64,000 bases of DNA from Massalongia carnosa (GCA_965645245.1 OZ287077.1:2108001-2172000), one strand, 5' to 3'. Numbered from the stretch's first letter, positions 25,746-37,727 are shown. Notes: generated from the sequence alone by a model not told the origin. Numbers and translations: made by a program.

Positions 25746-26975
25746 ATGGCCTCCAGCTTCTCCGCCGAGGCATCTACCTCTCTCTCCGAAGGCCAGACCT
25801 TCGATCTTCCCCCTCCGGACTTCAAAAACGAAGCCTCTCTTGCCCCTCACGTCATCGCGCCTGATGCTTGGAGCCACTCGATCCAGAAATTTCCCCACGA
25901 GTGGTACAATTTTTCTATTCAAGCTGCCAATCAGATCACGTCCCTCTCGAGCTCCCTGGACATAAAAACGAGTCAGTGCGAGTCTTTAGAATCGGAGCGT
26001 GATCAAATCCGCCGTCAGCTGCGTGACTCCAATGACGAGCTGATCGCGGCTCGAGCCTTGATCATCAGCCTTCGCGGACACCCATCCCCCATCAGCCACG
26101 CAGACTCCCGATCGGAGAGACTCCCGGATATTCCCAAGTTCTCGGGAAAGAAGGAGGATTTACGTTCCTGGACAACCCAACTGCACTTGAAACTTTTCGT
26201 CAATAAAGACCGCTTCACCGGAGAAAAATCAGGACTCATCTATGCTATCAGCCGATTGGAGGGGCGTGCGCTCTCCCAGGTACAACCGTATGTCAAGTCA
26301 CAGCACGAAATCTCTCTGCCGGATGTACCGTCCCTCCTGGTGCGGTTGGACCGTGCGTTCGGGGACCCTGACCGAAAGGCCACCGCGCAGCGTGAGCTGC
26401 GTGCCCTTCGTCAGGCAAATCGAGAGTTCCATGTGTACTTAGCAGATTTCCAACGCATCGCCCCGGACACCAATTTTGATGAGGAAGCTCAACGCGCTGC
26501 CCTGCAACAAGGTATCAGCGAAGAACTTCAACAGCTAATGGTAACGCAGCTGGTCCCGGAGGACCTCAACGAGCTGATCTCGTTACTGCAACGGCTAGAT
26601 ACTCGCCAGCGCAATGTCAATGCCCTGCTCCGGAAGCCCTACTCGCCCCGGTCCGCCCCATCTTCTTCTGATGCGGGGACCACACTTCGTAACCCTCCGT
26701 CTGGGGGGGTTGCCCTACCCCGAACCGTCTTCCCCGCCGCTGCCGCTCCCGCCTCGCCTCCAGACGCCATGGACCTCTACGCCTTCTCTCGAGGCAAGTT
26801 ATCCTCGGCGGAAGTAACTCGTCGTATGAACGAGGGGCTGTGCCGTTACTGCGGGGAGTCCGGGCACTTTGCGGCCAACTGTCCCAAACTGGCACGAGGG
26901 GGGAAACCCAAGCCGTCACGACTCAACGAGTCTACCCTTGCGGAGTCGACGGAAAACGCTGTGTCTTCGAGCTAA
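25746..26975 (+). CDS. gag: Gypsy G Gag
   Basis: SERLPDIPKFSG, AFGDPDRKATAQREL, AMDL, CRYCGESGHFAANC. Confidence 0.93.
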   Translation: MASSFSAEASTSLSEGQTFDLPPPDFKNEASLAPHVIAPDAWSHSIQKFPHEWYNFSIQAANQITSLSSSLDIKTSQCESLESERDQIRRQLRDSNDELIAARALIISLRGHPSPISHADSRSERLPDIPKFSGKKEDLRSWTTQLHLKLFVNKDRFTGEKSGLIYAISRLEGRALSQVQPYVKSQHEISLPDVPSLLVRLDRAFGDPDRKATAQRELRALRQANREFHVYLADFQRIAPDTNFDEEAQRAALQQGISEELQQLMVTQLVPEDLNELISLLQRLDTRQRNVNALLRKPYSPRSAPSSSDAGTTLRNPPSGGVALPRTVFPAAAAPASPPDAMDLYAFSRGKLSSAEVTRRMNEGLCRYCGESGHFAANCPKLARGGKPKPSRLNESTLAESTENAVSSS

Positions 26976-29900
26976 GTCGCTCTCGAAGACCGACGGAAGG
27001 ATTTCCTGTGTCAATTTCGGCTTTTTCCATATCAGAAGACTCGTTAGATGGTAGACATTTCGTCGTATCCATAGAACTCTCTGTAGAAAATCGCGTTTTA
27101 CACACACATGCATTAATAGATTGCGGCGCTTCTGGCTATGCATTCATTGATTCGTCCTTCGCGCAAAGAAATTCCCTGCCTCTCACCCCCCTTGTCCGCC
27201 CTCGCGTTCTCGAAGTTGTGGACGGCCGACCAGCCGCGGCTGGTATGCTCACACACCTGGCCAAGTTGAAGATGAACGTCAACGGGCATCACGAGCACGG
27301 CTCATTCCTTGTGACCCAGTTGGGTCACTATCCGGTAGTCCTGGGAGTCAAATGGCTTCAAATTCACGACCCTTTCGTCAGCTGGTCTCGAAATACTCTG
27401 ACCTTCTCGTCCTCGTATTGTCGTCTGGAGTGTTTAGAGAATAAACACGTCCCTCTTGTTATTCCTGGCCTTTCTGATCTTTCCGAAGAGTCTCCTCCCC
27501 CGGAGTCTGCTTCCTCAGTGCGTCTTGACCCTCTTGAAATCCGTGAGAACAAGGTCTCTCACGCGAATCCTGAATTCTTGAAACCCACCGAGTTTATTGA
27601 ACATATCGAGTTTATTGAACATCCCGAGCCCATGATCCGAGTCCCGAGTTCACGTCTTGAACCCCCGAAAATCACCAAGTACACTGAACACTCTCAGCCT
27701 CCGAGTCTCGTCCCAGAACTTAAGAAGTCCAGCGCCTTGCCCATGAAAATCTGTATGATAGGAGCCGCGCCATTTTCCACCCTGATGAAGGATCGAAAGA
27801 ACGAAATCTTCACTGCGTCCTTGTACGAGATCGAAAAAGCCATACAAGCCTTGAAAAACCCGAGCAACCTCAGCCTTGCAGCCGCATCTCTGGATGATGT
27901 GGCCAAATCCTTGAAACCTAAGAGATTCATCGATCCTGCTACCGTAGTACCCGAGGAATTTCATGATCTCCTGGACGTGTTCTCCAAACAAGAGGCCGAT
28001 AAACTGCCTCCGCATCGTTCATACGATCACAAGATCGTGTTGATGGAGGGCGCAGTTCCTTCTTCGGGTCCTCTATACAAGATGTCAGCTCCCGAGCTTT
28101 TAGTTTTGCAGAAATATCTCAAGGAAAACTTAGCCAAGGGATTCATTCGAGCCAGTTCCTCTCCTTGTTCCTCGCCGGTATTGTTCGCACGAAAGCCTTC
28201 AGGCGGACTGCGATTCTGTGTCGATTACAGAGCCCTGAACGCGATCACCGTAAAGAATCGCTACCCAATACCCCTGATTCAGGAGACCCTCGATAGGCTC
28301 GCAAAAGCCGTTATATTCTCGAAATTTGATATTGTAGCGGCTTTCAATAAGCTGCGCATGCAGAAGGGACAAGAATGGATGACGGCCTTCAAAACAAGAT
28401 ATGGGCTTTTCGAGTATGATGTTCTTCCTTTCGGATTGTCTGGAGGTCCTGGATCCTTTCAGCATTACATTAACGATGTACTCCGCGAATATCTAGACGC
28501 CTTTTGCACCGCGTACATCGATGACATCTTGATTTACAGTAAATCGAGAAAAGAACACAGTATCCACGTAAGAAAAGTTTTAACAGCTCTACGAGAAGCG
28601 GGGTTGCAACTGGACATTGAGAAATGCGAGTTCTTCGTCACCGAGACAACATATTTGGGATTGATTATCTCCAATAAAGGAATAAGAATGGATCCTCGCA
28701 AAGTTCAAACCATCAAAGACTGGATCACGCCCAAGAATGTTAAAGATATTCAAGCCTTTGTAGGATTCGCGAACTTCTATCGCCGTTTCGTCAAAAACTT
28801 CTCCGCCATTGCCGCACCCCTGATAAAGCTGACTCGAAAGAGTGTGATCTTTTCTTGGAATCAGGAATGCGAGACCGCATTTCAAAGATTAAAGGACGCG
28901 TTCATGAGCGACCTTGTTCTGATGCATTTTGATCCTGAGAAAAAGATCGTTGTAGAAGTTGACGCCTCGGATTGGGTAGTGGGGGGAGTGCTCTCGCAAC
29001 ATGACGACGAAGGAATTCTAAGACCTGTGGCATTCTTCTCAAAGAAACACTCACCAGCGGAAGTAAATTATGAGATTTATGATAAAGAGCTTATGGCTAT
29101 CGTTCGTGCCTTTGAGGAATGGAGAGCTGAACTCGAAGGAGCCGCATTTCCAATACAAGTAATTTCCGATCATAAGAATCTGGAATATTTCATGACAACG
29201 AAGCAATTGAGTAGAAGGCAAGCACGCTGGTCCGAATATCTTTCTCGTTTTGATTTTCAGATTGTGTACCGCCCAGGGAAGAGTGGCGGAAAGCCCGATG
29301 CCCTTACCAGAAGGTCTCAAGACCTACCTGAGGGGGGGGATGATCCACGAGTGAAGATCCAACATCAAACGGTCTTGAAACCTCGAAATCTTGAACTTCT
29401 AGCGAACGGGTTAGCAAAGGAATCTTCGGAAGAGAACGATATTGAATCAGGTTTAGATCAAGAGGAAGTCAAGACCCTGGAAGAATTATGGCAGGAGGCT
29501 CTGAAAAATGATCCTTTCCCTGTCAAGATACTGAACCTGTTGCGGTCAGGAGCAAGGCACTCCAAGGATATCTCGTTAGCGGAATGCACCGAAATCGACG
29601 GTCGATTACACTATCGAGAGAAAATGTTCGTTCCCGACTCTCATGCTTTGAAAATGAGGCTCTGCGAGTCTGTTCATGATAGTCCAGTGGCAGGTCACCC
29701 CGGCCGAGCCAAGACCTTTGATCTTTTACAGCGCCACTATTACTGGCCTCGATTTTATCAGTTCGTAGCGAAGTATGTACAGCACTGTCAAGTATGCGCA
29801 CGAAGCAAATCATCTCGTCAAGGGAAAATGGGAGTTCTCAGACCACTGCCCATTCCCGAGCGTCGCTGGCAAGATATCTCAATGGACTTTGTCACTGGAC

Positions 29901-30931
29901 TGCCGGAAAGCAATGGATTCGACGCTATACTGGTCGTGATCGATCGTCTGTCGAAAAGACGTCACTTCTCTTCATGTCTCACTACAATCAACGCTCAAGA
30001 ATTGGCTGAGCTCTTTCTTCGGGATATCTGGAAACTCCATGGACTACCAAGCACCATTGTATCAGATCGAGGAGTGCTTTTCGTGGCGGAGTTTTGGAAA
30101 AAGCTGTGTCAAGGGTTGGGAATCAAGAGTCTTCTGTCGACAGCCTTCCATCCAGAAACAGATGGGCAGACGGAGCGAGTAAATGCCTCCATGGAACAAT
30201 ACCTTCGCAGTTACACGGATTATCTTCAGGATGACTGGGCAAATTGGTTGCCCATGGCGGAATTTACAGGAAACAATGTCGTGTCCGAAACGACTGGGTG
30301 CAGCCCTTTTCTTGCGGAGATGGGATACCACCCGCGTATGGGATTTGAATCAATGGAACCCTCTAGGTCCCCGGCCAGTTTGAACGCAGGGGAATTCGCC
30401 AAGAAAATGCAAGATATCACGATCGTGCTGCAAGAGGAAATGAGATTCGCGCAAGCACGATACGAAGCAGGGGCCAACGAAAATCGCGTGCCAGCACCGG
30501 TTTATCAAGTAGGAGACGCAGTATGGCTAAGCACAAAAAACATACGTACACAACGACCCGCTCGAAAGCTCGATTGGAAGAATCTAGGCCCATTCAAGAT
30601 ATCTAATGTGGTAAGCAAGTATGCGTATCGACTCGATCTCCCCATCGGCATGAAGATTCATCCCGTGTTTCATGTATCTCTTCTCTCGCCCGTGCCTCAA
30701 GATCCTCACCCTGATCACGTTCCACCTCCTCCTCCACCAGTCGAAGTTGACGGCGAAGAGGAGTATGAAGTGGAGGATATCCTCGATTCTAAGAAGTTCC
30801 GGAATCGCTTGAAGTATCTGGTGCAGTGGATCGGTTGGAACGACCCCACCTGGGAGTACGCAGAGTACGTCATCAATGCCAACGAAAGAGTAGCAGACTT
30901 TCACCGACGATATCCAGAAAAGCCCCGATAA
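26951..30931 (+). CDS. pol: Gypsy G Pol (PR-RT-RNase H-IN-chromodomain), expressed by -1 frameshift
   Basis: ALIDCGASG, YIDDILI, EVDASD, DFVT/SDRG/ERVN, YEVEDIL..YLVQWIGW; slippery site G GAA AAC at 26951. Confidence 0.95.
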   Translation, partial: GKRCVFELSRSRRPTEGFPVSISAFSISEDSLDGRHFVVSIELSVENRVLHTHALIDCGASGYAFIDSSFAQRNSLPLTPLVRPRVLEVVDGRPAAAGMLTHLAKLKMNVNGHHEHGSFLVTQLGHYPVVLGVKWLQIHDPFVSWSRNTLTFSSSYCRLECLENKHVPLVIPGLSDLSEESPPPESASSVRLDPLEIRENKVSHANPEFLKPTEFIEHIEFIEHPEPMIRVPSSRLEPPKITKYTEHSQPPSLVPELKKSSALPMKICMIGAAPFSTLMKDRKNEIFTASLYEIEKAIQALKNPSNLSLAAASLDDVAKSLKPKRFIDPATVVPEEFHDLLDVFSKQEADKLPPHRSYDHKIVLMEGAVPSSGPLYKMSAPELLVLQKYLKENLAKGFIRASSSPCSSPVLFARKPSGGLRFCVDYRALNAITVKNRYPIPLIQETLDRLAKAVIFSKFDIVAAFNKLRMQKGQEWMTAFKTRYGLFEYDVLPFGLSGGPGSFQHYINDVLREYLDAFCTAYIDDILIYSKSRKEHSIHVRKVLTALREAGLQLDIEKCEFFVTETTYLGLIISNKGIRMDPRKVQTIKDWITPKNVKDIQAFVGFANFYRRFVKNFSAIAAPLIKLTRKSVIFSWNQECETAFQRLKDAFMSDLVLMHFDPEKKIVVEVDASDWVVGGVLSQHDDEGILRPVAFFSKKHSPAEVNYEIYDKELMAIVRAFEEWRAELEGAAFPIQVISDHKNLEYFMTTKQLSRRQARWSEYLSRFDFQIVYRPGKSGGKPDALTRRSQDLPEGGDDPRVKIQHQTVLKPRNLELLANGLAKESSEENDIESGLDQEEVKTLEELWQEALKNDPFPVKILNLLRSGARHSKDISLAECTEIDGRLHYREKMFVPDSHALKMRLCESVHDSPVAGHPGRAKTFDLLQRHYYWPRFYQFVAKYVQHCQVCARSKSSRQGKMGVLRPLPIPERRWQDISMDFVTGLPESNGFDAILVVIDRLSKRRHFSSCLTTINAQELAELFLRDIWKLHGLPSTIVSDRGVLFVAEFWKKLCQGLGIKSLLSTAFHPETDGQTERVNASMEQYLRSYTDYLQDDWANWLPMAEFTGNNVVSETTGCSPFLAEMGYHPRMGFESMEPSRSPASLNAGEFAKKMQDITIVLQEEMRFAQARYEAGANENRVPAPVYQVGDAVWLSTKNIRTQRPARKLDWKNLGPFKISNVVSKYAYRLDLPIGMKIHPVFHVSLLSPVPQDPHPDHVPPPPPPVEVDGEEEYEVEDILDSKKFRNRLKYLVQWIGWNDPTWEYAEYVINANERVADFHRRYPEKPR

Positions 30932-31280
30932 CTCACACCAACCATGAAGCAATTATGCCTGCGTGGAATCAGGCCTGAAGGAGGGAGCTACTGTCATGGT
31001 GCGAATAAGGATAATCTAGGAAAGGTAGTCACAAGAAGGTTGCTAAGATTGCTAAGCGATACCCCCGACATTTAGCGTCGCGGGAGGTAGCGCATTGGGT
31101 TTAGCGGGAAGCTAACCTCATCAAGGTTAGTAAAGGGATCAAGGAGTTATAAGAAAATCTCTGCAGCAATTGCTGCTTTCTTCTTTGTGTTCGTCTTGTT
31201 TATTTAGCATAGCTATTAGCTAGCCATCAAGACCATCATCACCACCACTTGAGTAGGCCTTCTATTGCCCACCCGTTACA

Positions 31281-34200
31281 GTATGTACTCGACCTGAATT
31301 CGATTTCGCTTGTGCAGGTCCCGAATGTGATGATAGGCAACGTCGATATGCTTAGATCTATCATGAATGTGAGCGTCTTTTGCCAGGTGGATAGCGGCTT
31401 GATTATCTCCTTTTAACCGCATCGGTGAGTCAGCTTGATGCTTCAAGTTCTCACGAATATTGACGTTATGACTGAAATATTTCTCGAAGCCTATGTCTTT
31501 CATCAGCTGAACGAGCCATAAACCCTCCTTAGCACAAGTTGATAAGGCCATGTATTCTGCCTCCGTTGTAGACGTAGCAACCGACTTTTGCTTTCTGCTC
31601 ATCCACGATATAGGCCCTCCCCCTAGCATGTACACGTATCCCAAGATCGATTTTCTTTCGAGCCTATCAGCTGCGTAGTCTGAATCGGAATACCCAATGA
31701 GGCCTTGGCCATGATTCCCCCCAGCCCCATACAGTATACCGATCTCAAGGGTGGACCGAACGTATCTAAGCAGCGTCTTTAGTGCATGACCGTGATGAGC
31801 AGCTGGATCACTGAGATATTGGCTCAGCCTTCCAAGAGCAAAAGCTATATCTGGCCGCGTATGAATTGCCGCGTACATCAGGCTTCCAACAATTTGCTGA
31901 TATTCTCTTTGATCTATGCGCTTATCATCTTTTCCAGCCGGTCGCAATGAATCATAGCCGTTCATTGGAATTTCGGTAGGCCTATGTTTGTCAGCGCTCA
32001 TATGTGTTCTCTCCATCACATCTTTGAGATAATGCGTCTGGTCCATTCGAAGAGTTCGATTTTTCCGATCTCTGGTTACTCGTATGCCCAGAACCTTCGA
32101 CACTTCTCCTAGGTCCTTGATGCTAACAGCAGCATTGAACTCTTTCTTGAACCAATTAATCTCTTTCGTCATTTTGGAGGCGATCACCAGGTCATCTACG
32201 TGCATGAATATAATGATTCCCTTTTTAGGATGAGTGAATAGGCATGGGTCAGATGAGCATTGAATGAAGCCTAGTTTGGTCAGCTCATTTGTACAGCGGC
32301 TATTCCATTCTCTGGCGGACTGCTTTAAACCGTATAGACTTTGCAGAATCTGAAGAACTCTACCAGGGGCAACGTTTACTCCTTCTGGTGCGGTCATGTA
32401 AATAACATCTTTCAAGGTTGATTGGGTAAATGCGTTATTCACGTCCACTTGATGACATTCCAGGTTTTCCATCGCTACTATGGCAAGCACTGCACGTAGG
32501 GTATCCGATCTTACCGTGGGGGCGAAAGTGTCCTCATAGTCGATGCCGTATTTTGGAGTAAACCCACGGGCGACTAATCTTGCTTTGAACTTCTCCAATG
32601 AACCATCGAGGTTGGTTTTTACTTTAAACACCCATTTGCAGGTGACGATGTTCGTTTTGGGAGGTGGAACAACTTCTTTCCAAGTCTTATTACCGATGAG
32701 CGCCTTGATCTCGGTGTTCACTGCTTCTTTCCATAGTTCCCCCCACACCGGATCATTTACTGCTTCCTTGTAAGACTTAGGCTCGGGTATGTTTCTTTCA
32801 AATGCAGAAGCACCAGCCGATAGGGCAGATTCGAATTTGAGATAGCCATCTTCATCCTCGTTATTATCGTCGGCGAACAGCGCTAGAAAAGCGCGTGGTA
32901 TTTTGAAAGCCGGTTCTTCGGGAACTGAGTCTTCATCAGATCGCTTTCGCTTCGGGATTGCAACATGAGAGAATATGCTAGTGCTAGCCTTAGGCACAGC
33001 TGCGGCTGGGATTGAATCATTCGCTATGGGCGACTCTTCGGAAGTTGGGATTGGTGGTACGTTTTGAGTGACATCATCTTTCGGGTTTGGTTGGTCATGA
33101 GTTTGATTCTGTTGACTAGGAACCTCCACATGCGAAAATCATTCTACTAATTTGGCGGGTTCGCTGATTTTCGTTTCTTTTGTCTTTTGTGGTCTTCCTA
33201 CTGGCCGTCTTTCTGGTAGCACGTTGGGTGTCTGCTTCCGCAAGTTTAAAGCAACGCTGCCACCTTTTAAATTTTCATCAAATTTTACGACATGGCTTCT
33301 GATGATTTTTCCCATGTCGGGTGCCCAGAGACGATACTGTTTAGTGGTCTCTTCTACATATCCCATAAAGACTCCGATTCTGCCTCTGTCCATGAACTTG
33401 TCTCTTCTGTCCCCCGCGGGTAGCGATTTGGGATCGACGTACGAATAGCATTTGCATCCCCATACCCTAATGTGATCAATGGATGGCTTGACTCCCGTGA
33501 AGGCTTCTTCCGGTGTGCTAGCATAGCCGTTGATGATCGGTCCGCATCCCGTGCGATTCCGAAGATATGCATCAGTTTCCATGGCTTCCTTCCAGAATTC
33601 GATTGGGAGTTCTGCGTCCTTTATCATGGCTCGCACCGAGTTCTCGGTGGTACGAATTGCTCGCTCGGCGACTCCGTTCTGAATAGACATATGAGGAATG
33701 GTGTATTGCGGAATAATACCGATTAAGGAGCACCATTCATCAAGAGTAGCCTTCAGCTCGGTGGCATTGTCACTCCGTACAGCCAATAGTCTTTGTGCAC
33801 TTTGTAATTCGACTTTTATTCTCCATTTTTGCAATTCACCTGGTGCTTCGTCTCGCCTTTTGAGTGGAATGGACCATATCTTTCTAGAATAGTTGTCCAC
33901 AATTTCCAAAAAGTATATGTATCCTTCTCGAGAGGCAGGCAAAGGACCGCAAATATCGATGGAGACCAGAGCCAGAAGAGAGGTTTTTCGCTCGGTCGCT
34001 TTGCCTCTTTTATTGGTGAGCTTAGTGAGCGCGCATACCTCGCAAATGTGATCCTCTTCTTTGCTGACCGGAATAGGCTTTTCTAGGGTGGTGACCTTAT
34101 GCAGATTACGAAGCTTTTCTCGGCCTAGGTGAGCGAATCTTCGATGCCATAGCCTGTACATTTCAGAGTGTTTGTCCGTCTTGGTTGGGTTAAGTGCGGG

Positions 34201-35847
34201 TGTTGACTCAATCTCGATTTCCATATTGTTATGTGTTGTTGGACATGTTAAACCCGCGCCGCGCGGCTTTAACGCCTCTGATGAAGACGAGAGTGATGCA
34301 ATATCAACTTTGCTTGGAAAGGCAATGTCATGATGCATGGACGCGGTTAATGCGAATTCATCGAGATCCTTTGCTATTTTCTCGACGATATATACTCCCC
34401 CTCGCTGCCGTGCCTCCATGATCTCCTTGCCTTGCTTGTCATGCATCTTCAGCCCGTGCTGGTCGAAACTTCCGATGAGGCCCTTCTCGCACATCCGCCT
34501 TCCAGACAAGAGATTAACCCCTAGCTTGGGGACATAAAGGACAGAAGAAAGAAATCCCTGATTTCCGTGCCCATCCTTGATCACGCACGTACCGCGATGA
34601 CATGCTCTTAATTCTCCCCCGCCGACCTTTATTCTTCTTTCTCTGATCTTTGTCAGGGGTCCGCTAAAGAGCTGAAGCTTGTCAGTCATGTGGGATGATG
34701 CGCCAGAGTCAGCTACCCATTTTGATCTGGGAATCTTACAGACAGCTTCTCTGGAGAGAGCCGCAGTTTCCTCGAGATCATCTAGATCATCGTCATTGTC
34801 GCCTGATGAGAAGCTATCGTTCTCGTCCTCTTCTTCTGACTCGCCAGCGAGATAGCTCCGATGGCGCTTGACGGATGATTTGCCCTTATTGACCTCTTCC
34901 TTCTTCTTCGCGAGGCTCCTGACGTGGCTGCGAGTGCTTTCCAAGAATTCGCACTCTTTGGTCCAGTGGCCGACTTCTCCACAGATTAAGCATCCCTTTT
35001 GCGAGTTGACCTTGATTTTCGTTTCTCTCTTTGCACTTGAGGACCTTTCGTGCCGTCTGGATCGCTCCTGCCTGGAGTTGTTGAATGTGCTTCGACTTCT
35101 GGATGGGTTGAGAGGCCGTCGCTGCTCTCTTCGCTGTTCTTTCTGCTTTGCGAGCAAGGCTAAATCTGCTTTCGCCTGTGTTAGCTGCATTTCTTTGTCT
35201 TCCAACCTTTTTATGCCAATTTCGGCATCTACTCCCCCAATTGCATCAATTCCGTCCCTAATGACCGCGTACTCGGCTGGGAGAGATTGTAAGAGTAATT
35301 GGAATAGTTGCCGAGTGGGAAATGCGTCTCGAAGTGTGGGTGTGGCCATGACGACCTTGTCTCTCAACAACAAAAGTTCCCCCCATGCCTCCTGAACGGT
35401 GGTGTTCTCTTTCATTTTATATGACACCAGCTCTTGAAGGTAATGCCTTCCTGAAGTGGGAAGGATGTTGTTGTACTTGCTTAACAGCGAGGTCCACTTT
35501 TCCGCCGCTGTCTTCATCACTCTTACGCGTTCTTGATCGAATTGGCTTAAGCAGATGGTTATAAGATAGCATGCTTTAGCGTTGTCCTTTCTCCATCTTT
35601 CCGAATCGATGAAGGGGGTTCCCGGGGTGAGGGGTGTGTCTGATTTATCTATTCCTTTTCCATCAAGGCTTAATTTGTCCATTCGCTGCTGAAGGTACGA
35701 GGAATTGGGCTGTGGCTCGCTTATTGTATGAAAGATGCCTTCCGCTTCGAAATGCATTTCGGCCAGCTCGAACCATCTTTGATAGTTCTCCCTTGTCAGA
35801 ACGGGCAAGGGTCTTCTTTTCGCTAGATCGTCTGCGATTGTTGTCAT
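31281..35847 (-). pseudogene. Copia F gag-PR-IN-RT-RNase H polyprotein; one in-frame TGA at 33139-33141; last 34 aa at 25394-25289
   Basis: CLICGEVGHWTKEC, WVADSGASSHM, WHRRFAH..CEVC, DICG/SDN/ERA, LYGLKQS, HVDD, SDSDYA; resumes PSGEMIADGLTKPL. Confidence 0.93.
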
Positions 35848-35886
35848 TTTTGATATTTGATTGTGCTTGTTGGATCCGTCGTATCA

Positions 35887-36030
35887 AGCTGCCGGGAGTG
35901 CTGGTTTGTCCTGCCACAGGAATCGTAAGGAGCTGCCGAGGTGCTGGTTTATCCTACCATAGGAATCGTAAGGAGCTGCCGAGGTGCTGATTCTTCCTAC
36001 CTAAAGGAATCGTAGTCGAGCTGCCGAGAT
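35887..36030. repeat. About 3 tandem units of 43-44 bp in the Copia F 5' UTR
   Basis: AGCTGCCGAGGTGCTGGTTTATCCTACCATAGGAATCGTAAGG and variants. Confidence 0.85.
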
Positions 36031-36664
36031 AGCGATTTGCGAAGAGCTATATCCTTTTCTGATATTCGGAAGCTTGTTGCTGACCGTGCTCATAACCAGT
36101 TAAAAGGAGACTCTGGTTGCAGGTGATCGCATTGACTATGAAGCTATCTAAAAGGAAAAGAGCAGACTTTTCACCAAAGGGCAAAGCACGCTAAACCTAA
36201 AACCTTCCTAGAGAAGATTAGATTACCCGCTATCCACGTTATGAGGCAGTGAGCCCAAGCCATTATAACCATAAGCGCAACCGCCATTCAACATTATGCA
36301 TTGTGTAAGAACCACTATCCAGGGAAGACGAATAGTAGTCAGCTACCTAAGAGACTAAGCATGAAGAAGAGAAATCTATCTACAAAGAAGAATGTGAAAT
36401 CTATATGCCCGTTTGCCCTTCTTCTCGAAGTTTCCATCCGGCTCTAGAGGCTTATCTCCGAAGCTTCGGTCGGAAAGAGCCGTTGGATTTAGCGCTCCCA
36501 CACCCGAGTCCTGACACATTGATTCGAGATGCAACTTCACCGGTAAATATTGCTGAAGCGGTCATGAAAGGCATTATTAGCTGAATGCGGCTCATATTAA
36601 CGCCTGTACTCAAGTCATCGAAGATGGAAATCTACTTATGAAAGGCCGGCATCGACTACATTTA

Positions 36665-36812
36665 CGCCGCGCAACGGGTTGGGTTTTCGCCACAAAATTG
36701 CTTTTTTGCCATCGGGTTTTTCTTTGAAAACTCAACCCGGACACCAAAAATCATAAGGATCGCTACAAACGAGTTGGATTTTCAGTAGAGAAACCCGACA
36801 CGTTGCCCGGCG
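36665..36812. mobile_element. MITE with ~23-bp imperfect TIRs and TA flanks
   Basis: TA-CGCCGCGCAACGGGTTGGGTTT ... AAACCCGACACGTTGCCCGGCG-TA; a lone matching TIR lies at ~24980-25012. Confidence 0.7.
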
Positions 36813-37727
36813 TAATTACATTAGAGGTTCTTTTTGCGTCGAAAAGAAGAGCTGATGCTCTCGAAAAGAAAGAGTGCAAAATCGTCAGAGAACCGGCCCC
36901 CTTGGCTACATATTCGATGACTGCAGGCCCAGCGTATTTACTCCGCTAGGATAACTTTTGCAAACGAAGAAAAAATCCAAAAATTCTGTTTACGCGAGAA
37001 AACATTTCAATCAACCTATAATGCAGCCGAAACGATTGTTTTAATAAAGATACAATGTTTATCATATAACAAGTCTTTTGACGGGAAAAGTAAATAAGAA
37101 AAATAAATTAGATAAATAAATTCCTCGAGATTATCATTGAAGATTCGTTTTATTCGCGGGTGTTCAATGAACCTTTCTTTTGTTCATTGAACGCCTAGAA
37201 AGCAAGCGAACATCAAATGACGTTTTGTCTATATAATCCTGCTTTCCACCCTAGAACGCTTTGAAAGCAAGAAGATTACCTGCGAATTAGATTTGCATGA
37301 AAGATCATTGATAAACAAGTCTTTGCTTCTTCCGCATTGAAGGAAATCATGTTGGAATACTCGTTTAGCCCCATTAGTTCTAGCTCAGCCCTGCAGGCTG
37401 CCATGACTGCTATAAGCAGTCACCTCAGTAGTAATTTCAACATTATGCCGTCAACTGTTTATTTAACAAATCAGAGTACAGAGCAGGATCAATGCATCTC
37501 ATCAAGAGGACTGCAAAACGCTGAGCAGCTCTCTTCCCTTCATAGTAATAACTTAGATAGTCAATCTTCATTTCTCGTTTCGAGCCGTCATGATTCATCC
37601 GTCGAGTTTTTTGCCTGACTTTGATGCGGTCTTCATCGGTCAATCTCGTTCACTGTAGTCCCTCGCTGTCTCGTGCGAACGAACTTCATCTTCTCTATGA
37701 ACGCTATCTGAGTTCACTTCAACTCCT

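Larger units (their letters stand above)
25395..31280 (+). mobile_element. Ty3/Gypsy chromovirus G, intact, identical 289-bp LTRs, TSD GTATG
   Basis: LTRs 25395-25683 and 30992-31280; GTATG at 25390-25394 and 31281-31285; PPT GAAGGAGGGAG; uninterrupted gag and pol. Confidence 0.97.
25070..36293 (-). mobile_element. Ty1/Copia element F, near intact, TSD TTATG, interrupted by Gypsy G
   Basis: LTRs 25070-25264 and 36098-36293; TTATG at 25065-25069 and 36294-36298; PBS GGTTATGAGCAC; PPT CAGGGGGGAC. Confidence 0.95.
24889..36516. mobile_element. Probable solo LTR (E), interrupted by Copia F and a MITE TIR remnant
   Basis: Ends TGTCAGGACGTGAGTG and CACCCGAGTCCTGACA are inverted (13/16); about 400 bp remains after removing Copia F; no TSD. 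Confidence 0.5.

Noticed and set aside
37159..37198. Canonical Helitron 3' end
   Set aside because: CTAG abuts the hairpin without the usual spacer, the adjacent genes face the other way, the helicase is Upf1-like rather than PIF1-like, and no HUH Rep motif is seen. Kept only as a possible boundary.
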